This document shows positions 41,687-54,450 of a stretch of DNA of 58,013 nucleotides, in pieces. The translations under genes and the position numbers were made by a program. The first letter of the stretch is position 1, and each line of letters begins with the position of its first letter. The stretch is from Octopus sinensis (taxonomy: Eukaryota): NCBI RefSeq assembly GCF_006345805.1, contig NW_021833685.1:1-58013 (forward strand), given 5' to 3'. The notes under the pieces were generated by a model, which worked only from the letters and a program-made list of their open reading frames with translations, was not told the DNA's origin and made no database searches.

Positions 41687-41898
41687 GTGGAGTTGGTAGT
41701 GCATAGGAAGAATTGTCTTTTGGTACTTGTTACAGCTCTTTACAGTTTGAGTTCAAATCCTGCTAATGTCAACTTTTCCATTTGCCCTGCTGGAGAGTGG
41801 GGATGTCTATTAAATAGAGTACTAGTCATGTACCGGAGTAGAAGGAATCGATTAACCTTTCTGAAAACCTTTGATTTATGGCGGTGAGAAAATTATTT
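41687..41898 (+). mobile_element. Old SINE family A-related copy
   Basis: ggagttggtag head, gagttcaaatcctgc B-box, aatagagtactagt core remnant. Confidence 0.5.
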
Positions 41899-41980
41899 TT
41901 GAAGGTCTACTCATGCAATAAATGTATGTATATATATATGTATATTAATATATATATGTGTGTGTGTGTGCGCTTGTGTG

Positions 41981-42035
<55 letters not shown>

Positions 42036-42093
42036 TATATATGGATAGATACATATGCATCATTAATGTATGTAAATGTATGTATATAATTAT

Positions 42094-42918
42094 AGGAAAA
42101 TCACTACTACATCCGCGTAAAATCATCTGCCATTACTACTCTCAAGGCAGCTGCAGATTTGACCACATACTGGCAAGCCAGAACCCACCATCACAAAATC
42201 AACAAGCTGCTTCTAACACCACCACCACCACCACTACTACTACTGCCAAAATAGAAAAACCACTACTACAACCAAATAAAACCCCCTGCCGTTACTATTC
42301 TAAAGGCACTTGTAGATTTGGCCCCAGCGGCACAAACAAAAATGGACGCTGTGCTTTTCCCCACCCGACCTTATGTCGTAGACTTGCTATGGGCACCTGT
42401 CCATACGGTATAACAGGAAAAAATTGCCCCCACCTCCACCCCAAATACTGTCCTAAATACAGAATCTATGGTTCTGACCCTAAATACGGATGCATAAGAG
42501 GCAATGGATGCACCTTATTCCATCCTAAACTGTGCCAAACTTCTGTCTCAAAAGGATGTGCCTGAACCCAGAATGCAACAACCACCATCTGAAGGGCACA
42601 AAACGATCACAGAATAGATATGAACAGGAACAGAGGAAATCTAGGACAACAACAAGAACAAAATACAGCCACGTTTCCCCTCCTACAATCAAACTACGTA
42701 GACAGAACCAGGAAAAAACACCAAATAACGCCAACTTGAAATATGTATCCTCTGACCAAGTGGCAAACCAAACAAGTAACTCTTTTTGACTGACATACCT
42801 GGAAAATATGAAGGCCGACCTAAGCCAGGAGATCCAGCGAGTGATCACCAACCATCTATGCAAATCACAAGGACCACTCACGCATTACCAACTTCCCTTA
42901 CCTCGACATTCCTGTTAA
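42094..42918 (+). pseudogene. LINE ORF1 (partial) with multiple Cys/His (CCCH-type) zinc fingers; one frameshift near 42550 and a TGA at 42787
   Basis: CRYYSKGTCRFG..CAFPH, CRRLAMGTCPYG..CPHLH, CPKY..GCIRGNGCTLFH, CQTS..MCLNPECNNHH; the frame continues after the TGA as LTYLENMKADLSQEIQRVI...PRHSC*. Confidence 0.75.
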
Positions 42919-45900
42919 ATGTACGTGGCATCAACCCATCAATTATTGCCCAAAAATGGAAGATCCCATATATAGAGAGTTGGCTTGCCGAAATGGCACA
43001 TTGCTTCCCTTTCTTTATCCTTACCGAGACTCACCTGAACAACACCCATATGGACGCAGAGGTGAAAATAAAAGATTTCACCATTGTTCGTGCGGATCGC
43101 ACAGACCGAAATAAGGGAGGGACAGCCATCTTTATCCATGACTCCTTTTCACTTGATGCCAAGGACACATTTTCCAATGGCTACTGTGAATCGGTATCAG
43201 TATGCAACAAAGCCAAGGACATAACCATTGTTGGTCTTTACAGGCCTCCCCAGGCACCTCTAAAGTACTTTGAAGAGTGCCTTAGCAAAGTCAAGTCCTT
43301 CCTTCAGAAGTACCACTCCGGAAACATAATTGTGATGGGTGATTTTAACCTCCCTCATGTGAACTGGCCCACAAATACTCCGAAGTTAGGCAAGTGCTCT
43401 ACATCAGATAGGGCAGCAGCAGAACTGCTCTTTAATCTGATGGATGAGTATTTCCTGACTCAGCTAGTGCTTGAACCAACGAGACAGAATAAAACGATCT
43501 TGGATATGGTACTGACCAATCACTCTAGCTACGTTCACAGCATTTCAGTCGAAAAAACTCTCCTCTCAGACCACGACATGGTACTCTGCAATCTTAATTC
43601 CCGACGTATAAAAACCAAACCAGCCAATCCCACTCCATGGCACCCATTTGACAACATAAATTTCCACAAAGCGGACTGGGGAACAATCAGAAAGGATCTG
43701 TCTTCCATCGACTGGTGTTTTACTCTCAATTCCCCTCATATTGAGACCGCGTGGCAGCACTTTGAAACCATTGTCACCGACACATGCTCTAAACACGCTC
43801 CCAAGAAATCTACTAACACAAACAGAAACCGGCTCCCTAAAAAGAAAAAAAAATCACTCATCAGGCGCATCAAAAGACTCAACAAAAAAATCAACCAATT
43901 AAAATATTCCCACACGCAACATCCACATTCAACAACAATGAAAAGACTAGAGCTGGAAAAACTTCATCTGCAGACTAACATGAAAACCTCCATTGAAAAT
44001 CAAAGAGCTGTGGAGGAACAATGGGTAATCAAAAACATCAACAGAACCCAAAAGTGTTCTATTCTTATGCAAATAAGCATAGAACCACTGTCTCACCTAT
44101 TGGGCCATTGATTGATGAAAACGGCATTCCCCAACACGATGCTAAAGAAATGGCAGAAATACTGCAGAAACAATATTGCTCTGTCTTCAGTGTTCCCACT
44201 GATATTGATGTGAGGGAAACGAACGAAGCTGACTCCCAACACAAAATCGCAGACATAACCTTCACTGCCACCGACATCGTAGCAGCAATAAATGAGGTCA
44301 AACATTACTCCGCTGTAGGCCCTGATAGATTTCCCGCCAGTCTCCTGAAGGAATGTAGATATCAACTTGCAGTCCCTCTGACCAACCTCTGGAGAAACTC
44401 GTTAGACGCAGGTTATATACCGAAAAAGTTTCTATCCCAGTCGGTCATCCCGGTTTTCAAACAGGGAAACAGATCCCTCGCAGTCAACTATCGCCCAATC
44501 TCACTCACCTCCCACATCATTAAAGTGTTTGAAAGAGTGTTAAGATCAAGATAGCTGACTTCCTGGAGACCCACAAACTCTAAATTCAAATCAACATGGC
44601 TTTCGCTGTGGCAGGGACTGTCTAACACAGCTCTTACACCACATTGAAGATGTACTCAAAGCCTTGGGAACAGGTTCGAACTCTGACGTCATATACCTTG
44701 ACTTCAGTAAAGCGTTCGACAGGGTAGACCATAACATCCTACTCTCAAAATTGGCAAATGTTGGAATCCGTGGAAAAGTTCTACACTGGATTCAGTATTT
44801 CCTAGCGAATAGAACACAACATGTTGTAGTTGATGGAGTCCACTCAAACCCAGCAAAAGTCACCAGCGGTGTTCCCCAGGGAACTGTTTTGGGTCCGCTA
44901 CTCTTCATAATTTATGTAAACGACCTTTCCAGTGTCGTACATCACTGCAAAGTGAAAATATTCGCTGATGACACTAAGCTCCAGCAAATCGTCAATGAAG
45001 AAGCAGACCGAACTCAACTCCAGTCTGACCTATATGCTGTGAGTCAATGGGCAGACAGAAACAAAATGCAACTGAATGAGGGAAAATTTGAGCTGATGCA
45101 TTTTGGAAGAAATTCCTCACTAAAACAACCATACTCTTTCCTTCAGGGGAACCGCTCACAGCCTAACAATATCAGAGACCTGGGTGTAATTGTTGATGAC
45201 GATCTCAGTTGGAGTGCACACATCAACAAGAAGGTCGATACAGCTCGTAGGATGAGTTCCTGGATCTTAAGAACTTTCCGGTCCAGAGAACAAGGTGTCA
45301 TCATACCACTTTTGTCATCCTTTGTACGGCCACACCTTGAATACTGCTGCCCACTATGGTCTCCTCACACAAGACAAAACATCTCCAGAATTGAGTCACC
45401 CCAGAGGGCTCTTACTAAACAAATTGAAGGCATGGCTGCTCTCGACTATTGGGATCGCCTTAAAGCCTTGAAACTTTACTCCCTCCAGCGTCGCCGTGTT
45501 AGTCTGCAGATGAAGTTTTTCCGTGTTAGTCTGCAGATGAAGTTTTTCCAGCTCTAGTCTTTTCATTGTTGTTGAATGTGGATGTTGCGTGTGGGAATAT
45601 TTTGTACGATGTGGAAAATATACCGCCAACTTTGCCCAAACGACCTAAACATTAGCTTCAAGGTTCATCCGAGACTTGGACCACGGGCTATACGTCCCCT
45701 GCCAAATTCAAGATCACAACATACATGTACACTGCAACATAATTTCTTTTCCTCAACAGGCCCTCCCCTATTTAACATTGTCCCGAGGGAGATCAAAGAG
45801 GAAAAGGATCCCATCAACTTCAAACAGAGTCTGGATAGATTCCTTCAAAGAATACCAGACAAGCCACCCATAATTGGATACAACTCACCCAACAAGAACT

Positions 45901-45926
45901 CACTACTTGAACAAAACTTGACTTAA
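42786..45926 (+). pseudogene. LINE ORF2: apurinic endonuclease plus reverse transcriptase, disrupted
   Basis: EN motifs LNVRGI, LTETHL, RADR..KGG, YRPP, GDFN, LDMVLTN, SDH; RT motifs NYRPISLTS, LDFSKAFDRVDH, GVPQGTVLGPLLF, FADD, DLGV, RPHLEYC, LYSLQRRR; frameshifts near 44040-44060 and 44550-44585; insertion at 45497-45603. Confidence 0.95.
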
Positions 45927-48540
45927 ACAGGATTCGAATAATCCTATCAGGTGGTGCTATTAAGTTAGACATGGCCTGGACCAATCTCTGGTCGAAACAT
46001 ATCTAAGTTTTATCTAAGTTTTATATATATATATATGCGTGTGTGTGTGTGTTTACATACATATATATTATATATATCACATACATACATGCATACATCA
46101 TTCGTACATTACATACATTTTACCACAGAAGTAATATGTCGTACTCCTACATTTAAGAGTGTTAGTTAACGTGGAGAGGGTTTGTCACATTTTGCGTGGT
46201 TATAATTCATTTTATGGATGGGTTTTGTTTCGGATATCTTTCGGCAAGGAGTTTGATTTCTGTTGAATCAAAGCTGTCAAACGCGTTCCAAAGCTTTAAA
46301 CACATCATATGCTATGCTTTCAGGATTGTCTATTAATAAAAAGAAGTATTTTTGAGTTTTCTTTGAGTTTGAAATTGACATATTTTATGAAAAATACTTT
46401 AAATTCTAATTACGATGTTTATTAATATGTTTTCATTTCTTTTATTCAGTAATATATTTCAGTTTAAGGAAAACAATTATACGCATTTTCACAAATATGT
46501 GAACACGCAGACACAATGAACACGCCCACACATACACATGTACAAAATACAAACACATACGCGGGCGGGCGTACACTTGCACTCATATAGTATTTACTGT
46601 GTGTACAGTTAGATGTGTGAACTTATAGTTTCACATAGCTCACGAGCCTATTTCCAATAAAGCGGTGTGTACACTGCTGTAATTAGCGTTATTAGTGATT
46701 ATAAGATACAGAGTGAATCCAGAAGAAATTTTGATGAAATCAAAGCCCAGGCTTTGACATTTTTTCCCTACGCATGTTTCGCTATTGTCGTTTTATGTAT
46801 CCTCTGCAGTGGTGTGCATGTTGAGATTAGACGCCGTTCTGCAACATTCCTCAGAGGTAAAAATGCTCGACAGTACAGTTACAGACATCAAATACCACAA
46901 ACACACACACACACACACACATATATATACATATAATATTTGCTCTGTGTAAATACAGACACACTCATATATACAAACACATATAAACTTTCAGGATTCG
47001 AAAGAATCAGGTATTTAAACTGTAAATGCACGAGGTTTTCATTATAATCCGAATACTAGCTTGAATTTTCCCTTTTTGCTCGAATTTAGGTCGGTTGAGT
47101 CATCTGCCACTATGTTCCTTTTCTTGAGAATTTCTAATTGTTAAATTTTATCTGTATTCACCTTATGAAAATGTTTCTTTTCTCTTGAATGTTGTAAAAC
47201 TTCTGTTCATCAATAAAGAAACACACGTCTGAAACAGCTGTAGTGAACCGCAGCCCATTTCTTGTTATGATATACATGTGTGTGTCTGTACGTACATATT
47301 ATACACATATATTTAAATTATATGTACATATATAAACGCATACATATGTATGATGTAACGATATTCTGGGCCACTGGATAACGTAATTGCATATACGGTA
47401 ATGCAGAACATCAGCATTTGAGATTTATACAGATGCATATATACAAAACCTGTGTGAGATATTTCCACATCACATTTTCACCATTTCCATTTGCATATAC
47501 TAGTAAAATCTCTATTTTTACATTTCGTTCTACAGCAAATTTTTAGTTTATTTATCTTAATTTAATTTCATTTTATTTTTCTTATTGAATTTTACAAGAC
47601 GAAAACAAAAACAATCAGATATCGGTTTGCTTGACAGCGGAATTTCTATACTCGTTAGATTAAATGCTTTGACGATCAATAAAATTTATTTAAAACACAT
47701 TTCCGTTAAACAAGCTATTGATCATGATTTGATTTGAAAGCATAACGTAACAACAAGCATACTTTTTCTTCCGTATATTGATTCGTTCTTTGCACAAACG
47801 TTCATTTATTTTCTTTTATGGTTTTATCTTATACATATTTTTTTCCTTCTTGAAGCACGGGTCATCGGATCCACTTCTTGTATTACTCTAATGCAATATT
47901 ACTCTAGCAATCGTATGTTTTAAGATGAGATTCAAACAGCAATGAAAGCAAACGGTATTAGTCTTTTGCTGTCGGAATTAAGCGTGAAAGCTCATCGTCT
48001 GAAATATGTTTTATGTCCAAATAAAATTGATTAGATTCTGAGATATTCCATGAAATTTAAACATTAGTTTTATTTCAAATATATTTTGTTTGTTTATGCG
48101 GTAATAAAGAAACAAAAGATGCGAAGTGTAATGTTTTTACTTGATGTTGAGACTATAAAACCAGCTATGTTTTTTAATATAATTAATCCAATATTTCTGA
48201 TTCTTATTAATATTGGCATCCTGTTGAATTATCACATCATATTATCCAGAAATCGATCACAATGACCAGTTAGCTATATAAACGACTAATTTCGCGCTGT
48301 TTTTGGAAGAAAATGTTCAGAGTTTGGTCATATGATTTCTATTAATATGGCAGCTATGAATTAATCTCTAAATGTGGGTCGACGTTCTAGCTTAATACGC
48401 CAGATTTAATGAAAAAGTTCTTAATCATATTCTGGACTGGTGTAAACAATTATTACTAAGTATATTAGTACATATTGTGCGTCTCTCTCTTTCTCTCTCT
48501 TACTCTCTCTTACTCTCTCCCTATAAATATATAAGTATGT

Positions 48541-48617
48541 CTATATATATATATATATAAATGTAAATATGCATATATATATATATATACACATATATAG
48601 ATATATAAATGTAAGTA

Positions 48618-48664
<47 letters not shown>

Positions 48665-48681
48665 TATATATACATACTTAC

Positions 48682-48718
<37 letters not shown>

Positions 48719-48723
48719 CTTAC

Positions 48724-48768
<45 letters not shown>

Positions 48769-49140
48769 AATGTAAGTATGCATATATATATATATATACA
48801 TACTTACATTTATATATATATATACATATACATACATAAATATATAAATGTAAGTATGCATATATATATATATGCATACTTACATTTATATATATATATA
48901 TATATATATATAAATGTAAGTATGCATTATATATATATATATATATAAATATATAAATGTAAGTATGCATATATATATATATATATAAATATAAATGTAA
49001 GTATGCATATATATATATGCATATATATATATATATATATATATAAATGTAAGTATGCATATATATATATATGTATATATATAAATATATATATGTATGT
49101 GTGTGTAAGTATATATATATATATATATATGTATATACGT
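48541..49140. repeat. Minisatellite of AATGTAAGTATGC units spaced by (TA)n, in mixed orientation
   Basis: About 8 forward units (taaatgtaagtatgc) and 4 reverse units (catacttacattta). Confidence 0.9.
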
Positions 49141-49191
49141 ACATGCATACAGGTATCTAGCTATCAATACATGTAGATAGACAGATATATT

Positions 49192-49223
<32 letters not shown>

Positions 49224-49647
49224 TATGGATGGATGGATTGGTAGATGGTTCTGACAGTGATATCGGCTTGCTTCTTCCTCCTCCTCTTCTTCTTCTTCTT
49301 CTTCTTCTTCTTCCCTGCCAAGAATTCACAACGACCTCGATTCCACAAGAGTAAACAAGCGAAACAGAGACAGGCAGAAACAAGGAAATGCCCCTTGTAT
49401 TTGAATACTATGGAAATGTTCTTTTAAAAATCTTTTATTGTAATTTTTCCAAAATTTATTTGTTTTCCATAGTTACAGCTGAAAAAGTCTCAATGACTGA
49501 AACCGGTACCGAAAAATTTTTATAAAATTAATTTAGCATTTTCTACCTTGAAATTTTTTCCAAATATATCAACTCGTGTGTTCCTATTTAACATTCTACA
49601 TACACACACACACACACACACACCACACACACACACCACACACACAC

Positions 49648-49710
<63 letters not shown>

Positions 49711-50397
49711 AGTGTGTATATGTATATCTGTATATGTATGTATATGTATGTATATGTATGCATATATGCATGAATTTACATTATATGTATGTTTGTGAGT
49801 GTGTGCATGATTGTTTGTGACTCTCTGTGTGTTTGTGCATGTGTGTGTTATTGTTATGCATGTTGCTCTCTCTCAATTATTTCAAACAGCGCAGAGTAAT
49901 GAATAATCACGAGGCAAATCGTCGCACCACGCAGAATGTTTAATAATTCAATTGAATGTATATCGAATAAAGCATGTAGTTAATTAAATTGGAAAGTAAT
50001 TGAAAATCTTAACTCAGCATTTCTTTACCTGATAGAAGGAAAATCAATAATTAACGAAAATGAATTCCCTAGTGCAGCATGCTATACATACAATAACATG
50101 TCGCAAGCTGGAACGCAATGGTCTAACACATAATTGGCTGCTTAATCTGAACAAAGACCAAATTGAATGCGAAATCGCACTGTATATTAATGTGTGTTAA
50201 CCAAAGAAAATTCTCGCAACGATACAATCTGAAACACGTTCCATTTGATTCCATCACATCTCGTTAGAATGGCACCATATGGATTTACATTTAGTCAGCA
50301 AGGACAAAAAAAATAAACTTCGATCAGACAAGAAAGCTAATCAAGAAAGGACGCATGAAAATCAATAAGCTATGCATAGATTTAACTATATATGCAT

Positions 50398-50559
50398 AGG
50401 CGCAGGAGTGACTGTGTGGTAGGTAGCTTGCTAACCAACCACATGGTTCCAGGTTCATCCCCACTGCGTGGCATCTTGGGCAAGTGTCTTCTGCTATAGC
50501 CTCGGGCAAATCCAAGCCTTGTGAGTGGATTTGGTAGACGGAATATATATATGTATATA

Positions 50560-50600
<41 letters not shown>

Positions 50601-50869
50601 TATAAGAAATTAGAGATAAAACCACTATTAGACAAATCATACAATGAAAAACTTAAGCCAATACATAAGATTATTTAATTTGTATTATTTAAATATATAA
50701 CAAAATTATTAAAAAATACAATTAATATAACACTACGATCGTTTCATGGCTAATAGTGGTTTTATCTCTAATTTAATATAATATAATATTTTACTATAAA
50801 ATTGGATTCAATCCTAAATCTGATTTTTCCCTGTAAATGTTTGGATTTATTCCCTAATATTTATTATTA

Positions 50870-50916
<47 letters not shown>

Positions 50917-51140
50917 GTATGTTTGTGTGTATGTGTTTGTCCCTCTAGCATTGCTTGACAACCGGTGCTGGTGTGTTTACGTCCCCGTCACCTAGCGGTT
51001 CGGCAAAAGAGACCGATAGAATAAGTACTGGGCTTACAAAGAATAAGTCCCGGGGTCGATTTGCTCGACCAAAGGCGGTGCTCCAGCATGGCCGCAGTCA
51101 AATGACTGAAACAAGTGTGAAGAGAGTAAAGAGAAAGAGT
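50398..51140 (+). mobile_element. SINE family B copy split by an insertion in its internal microsatellite
   Basis: 5' half at 50398-50543, 3' half at about 50890-51140; unrelated sequence at 50601-50870. Confidence 0.85.
50601..50870. mobile_element. Penelope-like inverted pseudo-LTR fragment (family 3) with the 3' half of a hammerhead
   Basis: aaattagagataaaaccactattag (50607-50631) is inversely repeated at 50750-50774; minus strand 50731-50745 reads GAAA-CGATCG-TA-GTG; flanked by (TA)n on both sides. Confidence 0.55.
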
Positions 51141-51535
51141 ATAAATAAATTTTCTCGTAAAGTCAAACTGAAGAAGAAGCTTCTAACTGTACATTCAAGT
51201 TAAATATGGTTGTAGAAAAGGAAGCTGAAATTCGCTGGGAAATTGTTATTCCATTCTGATGTTCGGTTTTACGTTCAAATATCAAGAAGATTCGAAGGCA
51301 ACTAAAAAATTTTAAAGTTATGCTGTGCTGTCATTGCTCTACGGGCAAGTTTAGATTCTGCCATACAACCCCATCTTTTAAGTTTTGTTTTGATGCCATT
51401 TCTTTCTGGTAACTTGAGGTTTTATATTCAGACTTTGTTGCTTATAAAACTATTTTAGCATTATCTGCCTTGATTTTTTTCCATATATATATAGAGAGAT
51501 ATATATACACACATACACGCACGCACACACACATA

Positions 51536-51604
<69 letters not shown>

Positions 51605-51605
<1 letters not shown>

Positions 51606-51815
51606 CTCTTTTAATTGTTTCAGTCATTTGACTACGGCCATGCTGGAGCACGGCCTTTAATCGAGCAACTCGACCCCGGGACTTATAATTTTGTAAGCCC
51701 AGTACTTATTCTATCGGCTCTTTTGCCGAACAACTAAGTAACGGGGACATAAAACACCCAGCATCCGTTGTCAAGCAATGCTAGGGGGACAAACACAGAT
51801 ACACAAACACACACA

Positions 51816-51860
<45 letters not shown>

Positions 51861-52040
51861 GACGGGCTTCTTTCCGTTTCCGTCTACCAAATCCACTCAC
51901 AAGGCTTGGTCGGTCCGAGACTATAATAGAAGAAAGATGCCCAAGGTGCCACGCAGTGGGACTGAACCCGGAACCATGTGGTTGGTAAAAACGCTACTTA
52001 CCACACAGCCACTCCTACGCCTATTGCCACTACTGCGCCC
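51605..52040 (-). mobile_element. SINE family B copy
   Basis: Matches 24242-24659; short duplication of the 5' end (gccactcctacgcc / gccactactgcgcc). Confidence 0.9.
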
Positions 52041-52073
<33 letters not shown>

Positions 52074-53114
52074 TATATACATATTATAATATATATATAT
52101 TATAAGAAATTAGAGATAAAACCACTATAGACAATCATACAATGAAAAACTTAAGCCAATACATAAGATTATTTAATTTGTATTATTTAAATATATAACA
52201 AAATTATTAAAAAATACAATTAATATAACACTACGATCGTTTCATGGCTAATAATAGTGGTTTTATCTCTATTTAATATATAATATTTTACTATAAAATT
52301 GGATTCAATCCTAAATCTGATTTTGTCCCTGTAAATGTTTGGATTTATTCCCTAATATTTATTATTAATTATATATATATATATATCTGTGTATGTGTGT
52401 GTGGTGTGTGTGTGTGGTGTGTGTGGATGTTTGGTGTATGTGTTTGTCCCTCTAGCATTGCTTGACAACCGGTGCTGGTGTGTTTACGTCCCCGTCACCT
52501 AGCGGTTCGGCAAAAGAGACCGATAGAATAAGTACTGGGCTAACAAAGAATAAGTCCCGGGGTCGATTGCTCGACAAAGGGGTGCTCCAGCATGGCCGCA
52601 GTCAAATGACTGAACAGTGTGAAGAGAGTAGGAAAGATAAAGAAAGGAAGTAATAAATAAATTTTCTCGTAAAGTCAAACTGAAGAAGAAGCTTCTAACT
52701 GTACATTCAAGTTAATATGGTTGTAGAAAAGGAAGCTGAAATTCGCTGGGAAATTGTTATTCCATTCTGATGTTCGGTTTACGTTCAAATATCAAGAAGA
52801 TTCAAGGCAACTAAAAATTTTAAAGTTATGCTGTGCTGTCATTGCTCTACGGGCAAGTTTAGATTCTGCCATACAACCCCATCTTTTAAGTTTTGTTTTG
52901 ATGCCATTTCTTCTGGTAACTTGAGGTTTTATATTCAGACTCTGGTTGCTTATAAAACTAATTTTAGCAATTATCTGCCTGATTTTTTTCCAATATATAT
53001 AGAGAGATATATATACACACATACACGCACGCACACACACATACACACACATACACACACACACACACCACACACACACACCACACACACACACACTTAT
53101 ATATATATATATAT

Positions 53115-53324
53115 ACTCTTTTATTGTTTCAAGTCATTGACACGGCCATGCTGGAAGCAAGGCCTTTAATCGAGCAACTCGACCGCCGGACTTATAATTT
53201 TGTAAGCCCAGTACTTATTCTATCGGTCTCTTTTGCCGAACAACTAAGTAACGGGGACATAAACACACCAGCATCCGTTGTCAAGCAATGCTAGGGGGAC
53301 AAACACAGATACACAACACACACA

Positions 53325-53369
<45 letters not shown>

Positions 53370-53549
53370 CGACGGGCTTCTTTCCGTTTCGTCTACCAAA
53401 TCCACTCACAAGGCTTTGGTCGGTCCGAGACTATAATAGAAGAAAGATGCCCAAGGTGCCACGCAGTGGGACTGAACCCGGAACCATGTGGTTGGTAAAA
53501 ACGCTACTACCACACAGCCACTCCTACGCCTATTGCCACTACTGCGCCC
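53115..53549 (-). mobile_element. SINE family B copy (duplicate of 51605-52040)
   Basis: Shares private variants (gactataatagaagaaagatgccc) with the 51605 copy. Confidence 0.9.
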
Positions 53550-54353
53550 ATATATATTATATTATATATATATATATATAAACTATACATATATTATATA
53601 GAATATATATATATATATATATATATAAAATGAAATATACTGTAAGATATATATATCTGAATATATAAGTATATATAATATATTAATATATTTAAAATAT
53701 ATTATATAATGATATATATATGTATATATATAGATATATATTAATATATATGATAAATATATATATAATAGGAATATATATTTAAATATATATATATAAT
53801 ATATATAAATATATATATAAATATATATAATATATATTGAATATATATTTCTAGATATATATATATATAATTCTAATACATATATATATATATATGAGAT
53901 ATATATTTAAATATTATATATATATTATATATAAATATAATATATATATTATATGAATATATATAAATATATATACATATATAGGAATATATATTACATA
54001 TATATATATATGATTATATATAAATATATATATATGATATATATATGAATATATATAAATATATATATACATATAATGACTATATAATCTAATCTATATC
54101 TACATATATATACCTATATATGAATATATATAAATATATATATACATATATCTAAATCTATATGAATATGATTCTAAATATATAGATATATATCATATAC
54201 CTCTATAAGTACATATATATCTCTATATCTTATATAATTATATATATATATACTATTATATATATATATAGTATATATATATGACTCATATACTATACTA
54301 TAATATATATATATATATCCTATATATGAATATATATATACTATCTATATATA

Positions 54354-54384
<31 letters not shown>

Positions 54385-54450
54385 TATATATATAATATAT
54401 ATATATATATATATCTATTATATATATATATATATATAATATCTATATAT
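53550..54450. repeat. Long degenerate (TA)n low-complexity tract
   Basis: About 900 bp of irregularly interrupted TA repeats. Confidence 0.9.

Larger units (their letters stand above)
42094..46022 (+). mobile_element. CR1-group non-LTR retrotransposon, 5'-truncated, ~3.9 kb
   Basis: ORF1 with CCCH fingers, APE plus RT ORF2, short 3' UTR with hairpins, tail (ATCTAAGTTTT)x2, flanked by TA-rich microsatellite. Confidence 0.95.
50590..53580. repeat. ~1.5-kb tandem duplication (50590-52090 and 52090-53580)
   Basis: tataagaaattagagataaaaccac at 50601 and 52101; the same order of PLE fragment, SINE half, unique spacer and minus-strand SINE in both copies. Confidence 0.9.

Noticed and set aside
48541-49065. 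Repeat-spacer pattern superficially like a CRISPR array
   Set aside because: Spacers are plain (TA)n, repeats are 13 bp, the context is eukaryotic, and there are no cas genes.
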